Made by a program: the position numbers and the translations under genes
Shown here: positions 58,777-64,000 of the stretch, piece by piece
Layout of the letters: each line of letters begins with the position of its first letter
Numbering within the stretch: position 1 is the stretch's first letter
IMG/VR virus record: IMGVR_UViG_3300006155_000234
Length of the DNA stretch: 64,000 bases
Source of the DNA: a virus
Taxonomy: Duplodnaviria; Heunggongvirae; Uroviricota; Caudoviricetes
Strand: one strand, 5' to 3'
Notes under the pieces: generated by a model
Database searches by the model: none
What the model saw: only the letters and a program-made list of their open reading frames with translations
Told to the model about the DNA's origin: nothing

Positions 58777-61332
58777 ATGGCAAAGAACCCAGTATCATAT
58801 TATGATGGAGAAAATATAACTTGTTTTCCATCATCAAATGCTAAAGATTTTGGTAAATTACATACAGAATTTAATGAAGCAAGATTTGTAACCAGAGTTG
58901 CAAAAAAGAATTTCTGTATTAAAAATCCAAGTTTTGTATTGAGTGCTGAAAATGATATAAAAACAAATAAAACTGTATTACAAATATCAGAAGGCGAGGC
59001 ATCTATTAATGGTATGGATATTATAGCATCAGTACCAATTCAAATAGACCCTCCAGCAGAGGCAGGTAAATGGTATGTTGCTTTTAAATTAGGAAGAGAT
59101 AATCTAGGAAGAGATTTTACAGTTGGAAAATATAAATTAAAAGGAAATGTACTAGGAGATTTAACAGTAGGTGTACAAAAAACATTTGAAGGAATGTATT
59201 TAACTTATTATAATGAAAGATTAGATGAGGGAAATGAAGACCCAGATATGCTTTATTTAGGTAGTATAGAATGGGATGGTAATGATTTTACAAATATAGA
59301 GGAAGACCCTCAAAAGTATTCCAGAATAGAAGCAGAAGATGTTGGATGTTATATAAAAGACCCAAAACATGCTGATGTTTATTATATGGATTTACAAAGT
59401 TGGTTATATAAAGTTCCAGACTGGTATTTCTCTAAAGAAGGGGATGTTTGTTATGGTGAAATCAATGTAGTTCCAGGAAGAGGAGCACATCCATCTCCAT
59501 ATCAAGACCCAATGCCTGGATTTATATTAAGAGCTTATGATAAGAATACTACTAAAATGGTGTTAAAAGCATCATCATTAGAAAATGCTACATTAATGAG
59601 ATATGGTGATATAAATAATGATGGTGAGATAAATGACGCTGACTTAGCATTATTGACTGATTTTGTAAATGGTGTAAAAACACCAACACCATTAGAAAAA
59701 GAACTAGCCTGTGTTAGTGGAAATAGACAAGGTGATTTAACAGAAAAAGATATAGAATTATTAAGAAATTATGTACAAGGTTCTAGACCAGATTTAGTAA
59801 AAGGCGAGAAGAAATTAGTAGGAAAAACTGGAGTTATATATGGTATAGGTGATGTAACAGAAGCAATCGAAATATATGCATCAAATTCTAAAGTAGAAAT
59901 TGATATGAACCATGCTCAAATATATTCTAATTTTCAAGATGATATATTCCATATTCATAACCCAGAAGGTATATGTATTGAATCAGGTAGTGGGGATATT
60001 AAGTTAGAAGCATATAATGATGTTTATATGAAAAGATTTGATAGTAATGCTCCAACATTAAGATTAACAGGTAATGTTTTAAGAATGACAGACCCTAATA
60101 CACCAGACTTAAAACATGAGTGGGAATTGATAAAAGATGGTACAAATCAAAAGGCACATACAACAACAGGAAAAACAATACAAGAATATGACCTAAATAA
60201 TAAATTCTATAATATACTTGCAAATGATACAATTAGGATGAATGTATATCCTCAATTCTATATGCAAAATGCAAGGAATAGATGTATAGGTACATTGTAT
60301 TTTGGACCTGATGATGGAAATGATGATAATTATTTTAAAAGAAATGAAATACAATTAGACAGTAATCAAGATGATAATGTAGATTTAAAACTAACAGATA
60401 GGACAATTTTCCTAAGAGATGAGAATGGTGGTAGTACAAATAGTTATATTAAAGTTGGTGGAACTAATGGTAATAATGGTGTAACAGCTTATTCTAATGG
60501 AAATATGGAATTGAAGAATACAACAGGAATATCTGAAATTAAGTTTACAGGAAATAGTGCAGCAAATACAGCAAGAATATGGCATGAACATAATAATAAC
60601 ATATTACACATTGATACAAACCTTCATATAAAAAATAATATAACAGCAGATGGAGATGGATATTTTAATGGTGGAGATGTTTATATCAAAAATCAGGGTG
60701 GAACATCAAACCTATATTTCACAGATGGTACTAAAACATATAAAATCTATCATTTGAATAATGAAGATAAATTACACATAAATACAAACTTAAATATGGA
60801 TAACAATAATATAGAAAATGTAAACAATATCTATGCTAATACAAGTATAAATGTAGGACCAAAAGGCTCTGACAACAAGTATCCAATAACACTAGATAAA
60901 AATGGTAATATAGATGCAAAAGGAGATATAACAGGAAAGAGAGTTTTTGGTGCTGTTTATAATGACTATGGTGAAATATTTAGAAAAGATAAGGATGAAA
61001 TTATTGAATATGGGGATATAGTTTGTTTAAGAGAAGATGGATTAGTACACAAAGTAGAAACACAAGAAGATTTATTTAATCTAATTGGAATATGTTCAAA
61101 TACAATAGGTATGTGTTTAGGTGGTGCAGAATTAGAAGAAGATGAAAAATGCCCAGTTGGTATAGTAGGTAAGATATGGGTTAAAACAGATGATATGGAT
61201 TTAAAGCCAGGAGACCATGTAAGAGCTACAAGTAATGGAACAGTAGTAAAGAATAAAGAAAAGGCATTTGAAAAGTTTGGTATAGTAATGCAAAAATATG
61301 AAAATGGAAAAGTTTTAATATTTGTTAAATAA
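58777..61332 (+). CDS. tail fibre / host-adhesion protein containing an internal dockerin module (about 59605-59781)
   Basis: 851 aa, RBS AAAGGAGG. GDINNDGEINDADLALLTDFVNG...GNRQGDLTEKDIELLRNYVQG is a duplicated Ca-binding F-hand dockerin signature; beta-rich fibre flanks. Confidence 0.6.
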   Translation: MAKNPVSYYDGENITCFPSSNAKDFGKLHTEFNEARFVTRVAKKNFCIKNPSFVLSAENDIKTNKTVLQISEGEASINGMDIIASVPIQIDPPAEAGKWYVAFKLGRDNLGRDFTVGKYKLKGNVLGDLTVGVQKTFEGMYLTYYNERLDEGNEDPDMLYLGSIEWDGNDFTNIEEDPQKYSRIEAEDVGCYIKDPKHADVYYMDLQSWLYKVPDWYFSKEGDVCYGEINVVPGRGAHPSPYQDPMPGFILRAYDKNTTKMVLKASSLENATLMRYGDINNDGEINDADLALLTDFVNGVKTPTPLEKELACVSGNRQGDLTEKDIELLRNYVQGSRPDLVKGEKKLVGKTGVIYGIGDVTEAIEIYASNSKVEIDMNHAQIYSNFQDDIFHIHNPEGICIESGSGDIKLEAYNDVYMKRFDSNAPTLRLTGNVLRMTDPNTPDLKHEWELIKDGTNQKAHTTTGKTIQEYDLNNKFYNILANDTIRMNVYPQFYMQNARNRCIGTLYFGPDDGNDDNYFKRNEIQLDSNQDDNVDLKLTDRTIFLRDENGGSTNSYIKVGGTNGNNGVTAYSNGNMELKNTTGISEIKFTGNSAANTARIWHEHNNNILHIDTNLHIKNNITADGDGYFNGGDVYIKNQGGTSNLYFTDGTKTYKIYHLNNEDKLHINTNLNMDNNNIENVNNIYANTSINVGPKGSDNKYPITLDKNGNIDAKGDITGKRVFGAVYNDYGEIFRKDKDEIIEYGDIVCLREDGLVHKVETQEDLFNLIGICSNTIGMCLGGAELEEDEKCPVGIVGKIWVKTDDMDLKPGDHVRATSNGTVVKNKEKAFEKFGIVMQKYENGKVLIFVK

Positions 61333-61343
61333 GAGGTAATATT

Positions 61344-61586
61344 ATGAATAGTATAAAGAAATGGTTAAATAGAGAAGTTACTTGGGGAATACTAATTAAA
61401 CTAATAATATGTATAAATATAATTGTATTAGGATTTTGTATTGTATTAGCTAAATCATCTGACTTAAAAGATATGGAAAGACAAAAATATATTAAAAATC
61501 TTGAGTACAGAGTTGGTGTGCAATCAAAATTATTAGACTATTTTTATACCGAAATAATAAATAACAAGATAGTAGATAATAAATAA
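61344..61586 (+). CDS. small membrane protein
   Basis: TM segment WGILIKLIICINIIVLGFCIVLA. Confidence 0.45.
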   Translation: MNSIKKWLNREVTWGILIKLIICINIIVLGFCIVLAKSSDLKDMERQKYIKNLEYRVGVQSKLLDYFYTEIINNKIVDNK

Positions 61587-61680
61587 TAGATAATAAGTAG
61601 TGGGACAGCAGTTGACTGTTTCCAAGTAATCACCCCCTGATATAAATACTTGGATTACCACTACTTTTAGTATAGAGGTA

Positions 61681-62181
61681 ATGTATATGAGTGATAATAA
61701 ATCTGTTAGAAAAAGATTAGAAAAGATTTATGGTAGGATATGTATGATAGAAGAAGCAGGAATAAGATATATACCAATAGAGAAAAGAAAAACTATTAGA
61801 GGGTATAGAAGAGAACAGGATGAGATAACATATCACCATATAAAAGAAAAACATTTAGGAGGAAAAGCAACAATAGAGAATGGAGCATTGATAAAAAGAT
61901 ATAATCATGATTGGTTACATTCATTACCAGATGAACAAAAAGAAGCTGTAAATAAAGAATTAATACATTTTAAATTAAAGATGTTGAATACATCAGAAGA
62001 TGGTATAATAGAAATAGATATTGCAAATATACCATTAGAATTTAATTTAGATGATTGTATTATAATACCTGTATATGATAATCAAAAGAAACCTAAATTT
62101 AACAGGGCAAAAGTTAAAAGAGAATTTAAAAGAAAAGTAGACGAGTATTATAATGAATTAGAGGATGAGGAAGAAAGATAA
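61681..62181 (+). CDS. HNH endonuclease
   Basis: YHHIKEKHLGGKATIENGALIKRYNHDWLH is an HNH/His-Me finger motif. Confidence 0.6.
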   Translation: MYMSDNKSVRKRLEKIYGRICMIEEAGIRYIPIEKRKTIRGYRREQDEITYHHIKEKHLGGKATIENGALIKRYNHDWLHSLPDEQKEAVNKELIHFKLKMLNTSEDGIIEIDIANIPLEFNLDDCIIIPVYDNQKKPKFNRAKVKREFKRKVDEYYNELEDEEER

Positions 62182-62255
62182 TCAGGAATTACCAGAATTG
62201 ATTTCTAGGGAATTTAATTGTAAAAGTATATAAAGTTATATCTTGGAGGATTATA

Positions 62256-62483
62256 ATGGAAAATAATACACAGATAATTGTTAATGAAATATTATCTAAA
62301 TTAAAAGATAGTGCCACTAATATAAAATATGATACAACAATGTCAGAAGAACATAAATTAGAAAGAATGAATGTATTATTAGACGTAATGCACTATACAC
62401 AAAATATAAGAGAATATAGTCAGCTAATATTAGAACATGAGAGAAAGAAAAGAAGGATAAAAGAAAGGGGAAAGAAAGTATAA
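62256..62483 (+). CDS. hypothetical protein
   Basis: ORF, RBS TGGAGGA. Confidence 0.45.
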   Translation: MENNTQIIVNEILSKLKDSATNIKYDTTMSEEHKLERMNVLLDVMHYTQNIREYSQLILEHERKKRRIKERGKKV

Positions 62484-63043
62484 TGTTATTTAATGAAGTA
62501 TTAGTCAATAGAATAAATAAAGAAGATTTTCCTGATAATACAAATAGTATTGTAATACCTTTAGACCCAAATTCAGAGTTGGCATATAATACAATTCATT
62601 TTTTTAAAAAAGACCATAGAGATGAAGGAGATATAAGACATAATATATTGAAAGTATATCAGTTATATTTAGATACACCCTTATTTGATAGTAGTATTAT
62701 ATTAGATAGAATAAATATATGTATAAAAGATGCTTGGAAAAATTATAATGATATAGGAAATAATATATGGTCACCTAGTTATAAAATTGGAAGTACATTA
62801 GATATAGCAATAGTAGAATATGAAAAGTTAAAAATGATATATAGTCAAAATGAAGTAGATGATGATTATTTAAGAAGTTACAAATTAGACTATAAGGAAA
62901 CTTTAAAAGAGTATATAGGTAGTGCTATCTTTGAATTGGAATCTAAAACAGTAATAATTGAAATGAAATATACAAAGAAACCAGCAGAAAATAAATTTAT
63001 AAAAGATATAAAAAGTTTTTATAAAGTAAAAAAAAGACTATAA
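62483..63043 (+). CDS. hypothetical protein
   Basis: ORF overlapping the upstream stop. Confidence 0.5.
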   Translation: MLFNEVLVNRINKEDFPDNTNSIVIPLDPNSELAYNTIHFFKKDHRDEGDIRHNILKVYQLYLDTPLFDSSIILDRINICIKDAWKNYNDIGNNIWSPSYKIGSTLDIAIVEYEKLKMIYSQNEVDDDYLRSYKLDYKETLKEYIGSAIFELESKTVIIEMKYTKKPAENKFIKDIKSFYKVKKRL

Positions 63044-63117
63044 TTTAACTAATGTTTATAGATTATTTTTGTTTTATATGGTAAAATGTAGATAATAGGA
63101 TAATAGGAGTAAGGTGT

Positions 63118-64000
63118 ATGATTAGAGATTTATTCAGATATAACACATTAAAATTATTTTGTTTTTTTACAATGTTAGTTTTTGCTATGCCATTAAGTGC
63201 TAGTGCAGCAACACATGATTTTAGTTTAACTGCATTTGATTGGGATGTAACTGCTAATGACTGGGAAGGAGAAGGGACCGAAGATCAAATTGAAAATGGT
63301 GGCTATTTAGAACCAGGGCAAGTATTTAAGGTTGATATTAATTATGTGCCTGGAAGTCCTACCGTAGTTTCAATGCAAATAGGTATTAAATATGACCCAA
63401 GTGTTTTAGAGGTTATTCATGATTCAGGTGAGTTATACATAGAAAATGATATGTCTACTACCTATCAAGGCGGAATTTGGCCTGCTGTTGGGACATCTGC
63501 TGCTAATAAGAAAAAAACAAATTGGACAGTAGATTATAATGATGATGCCGAAGTAAGTATGATTAAATTGTTAATATACGATTCGCAAGATAAGTCCCCA
63601 TTAGAAAATGAGGGAGTACTTTCTTCTGTATATTTTAAAGTGAAAGATGATGCTCCTGCAGGGTCAACTGTAAAATTAGATTTTGATTCATCATATACTA
63701 AAGTAGTTGGAAATCATTCTAAAACTTTATCAGGATTAGAGTTTGTTGTCTTTGGACAAATGAGTAGTGATGTTAGTTTAGATACATTAACTTTGATTGG
63801 TAGTAATGGTTTATCATATTTATTAAATCCATTATTTACTTCAGGAACTTCTGAAAGAATATTTAATACAGTAGTTCCAAATAATGTTTCAAGTGTAACT
63901 ATAAATGCTACACCAAAAGATGAAACCGCTAAAGTTTTACCTGGTGGTCTTGGAAATAAAAATTTATCTGTAGGGGACAATAGTTTTAATGTTGTTGTTC
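63118..64000 (+). CDS. secreted cohesin-module protein followed by a cadherin-like beta-sandwich domain, 3'-partial (runs off the window)
   Basis: ATG behind TAGGAGTAAGG; signal peptide FCFFTMLVFAMPLSASA. Cohesin-like segments PGQVFKVDINYVPG..MQIGIKYDPSVLEVI and GVLSSVYFKVKDDAPAGSTVKLDFD. Not in the ORF track because there is no stop in the window. Confidence 0.6.
   Translation, partial: MIRDLFRYNTLKLFCFFTMLVFAMPLSASAATHDFSLTAFDWDVTANDWEGEGTEDQIENGGYLEPGQVFKVDINYVPGSPTVVSMQIGIKYDPSVLEVIHDSGELYIENDMSTTYQGGIWPAVGTSAANKKKTNWTVDYNDDAEVSMIKLLIYDSQDKSPLENEGVLSSVYFKVKDDAPAGSTVKLDFDSSYTKVVGNHSKTLSGLEFVVFGQMSSDVSLDTLTLIGSNGLSYLLNPLFTSGTSERIFNTVVPNNVSSVTINATPKDETAKVLPGGLGNKNLSVGDNSFNVVV

Noticed and set aside
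675-63980. All minus-strand ORFs in the six-frame track (for example 675-863, 2176-2400, 7917-8228, 30954-31367, 33727-34212, 43277-43651, 63714-63980).
   Set aside because: Each lies antisense to a longer + strand gene with RBS and family-level motifs. In an A+T-rich genome, antisense frames are stop-poor by chance; Leu/Ile/Phe/Tyr-rich low-complexity translations are typical of such artefacts. The + strand tiling leaves no room for them.

Overview
This window is AT-rich (about 70% A+T by eye) and every credible gene lies on the + strand, tightly packed, with reiterated promoters and rho-independent hairpin terminators. That is the signature of a large lytic phage genome segment, probably from a low-GC Firmicute host (Clostridium-like); the endolysin is an amidase_2 with SH3 repeats and there is an LL-H-type holin. 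Recognisable modules are listed below.

- **Lysis cassette (5.4-7.3 kb):** amidase_2/SH3 endolysin followed by a holin.
- **Packaging (10.4-12.6 kb):** terminase large subunit.
- **tRNA array (26.8-28.35 kb):** a roughly 1.6-kb non-coding stretch holding at least 5 clear tRNAs and several degenerate tRNA-like units. tRNA-Cys and tRNA-Trp sit separately at 39.0-39.2 kb.
- **Late structural block (51.4-61.3 kb):** two large tail-fibre genes, a paralog triplet of small proteins, and other tail proteins.
- **Two dispersed promoter families:**
  - a sigma-A-like early promoter, TTGACA-N17-TATAAT with a conserved spacer, in at least 11 copies;
  - a putative phage late promoter, GTAAAATATTAATGA, in about 10 copies, usually placed directly after a terminator hairpin and ahead of late genes.

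The most unusual content is a scattered RNA/tRNA end-repair toolkit:

- a bacterial-type Pnkp (kinase-metallophosphatase-ligase);
- two Thg1-like 3'-5' nucleotidyltransferase paralogs, one of them with a substituted catalytic Asp;
- two Pol-beta-type nucleotidyltransferases, one fused to a metallophosphoesterase and lying immediately upstream of the tRNA array;
- a GatB/YqeY-domain protein.

Other notable features:

- a tail-fibre protein carrying a dockerin module, and a secreted cohesin-module protein whose gene runs off the window end;
- an NAD-dependent DNA ligase gene broken by a one-nucleotide frame change at a GGGG run, next to a GIY-YIG homing endonuclease gene;
- a degenerate HNH-endonuclease fused to a sigma-70 region-4 helix-turn-helix;
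- an orphan half-HsdS protein.

No CRISPR array, integrase or other lysogeny genes were seen.
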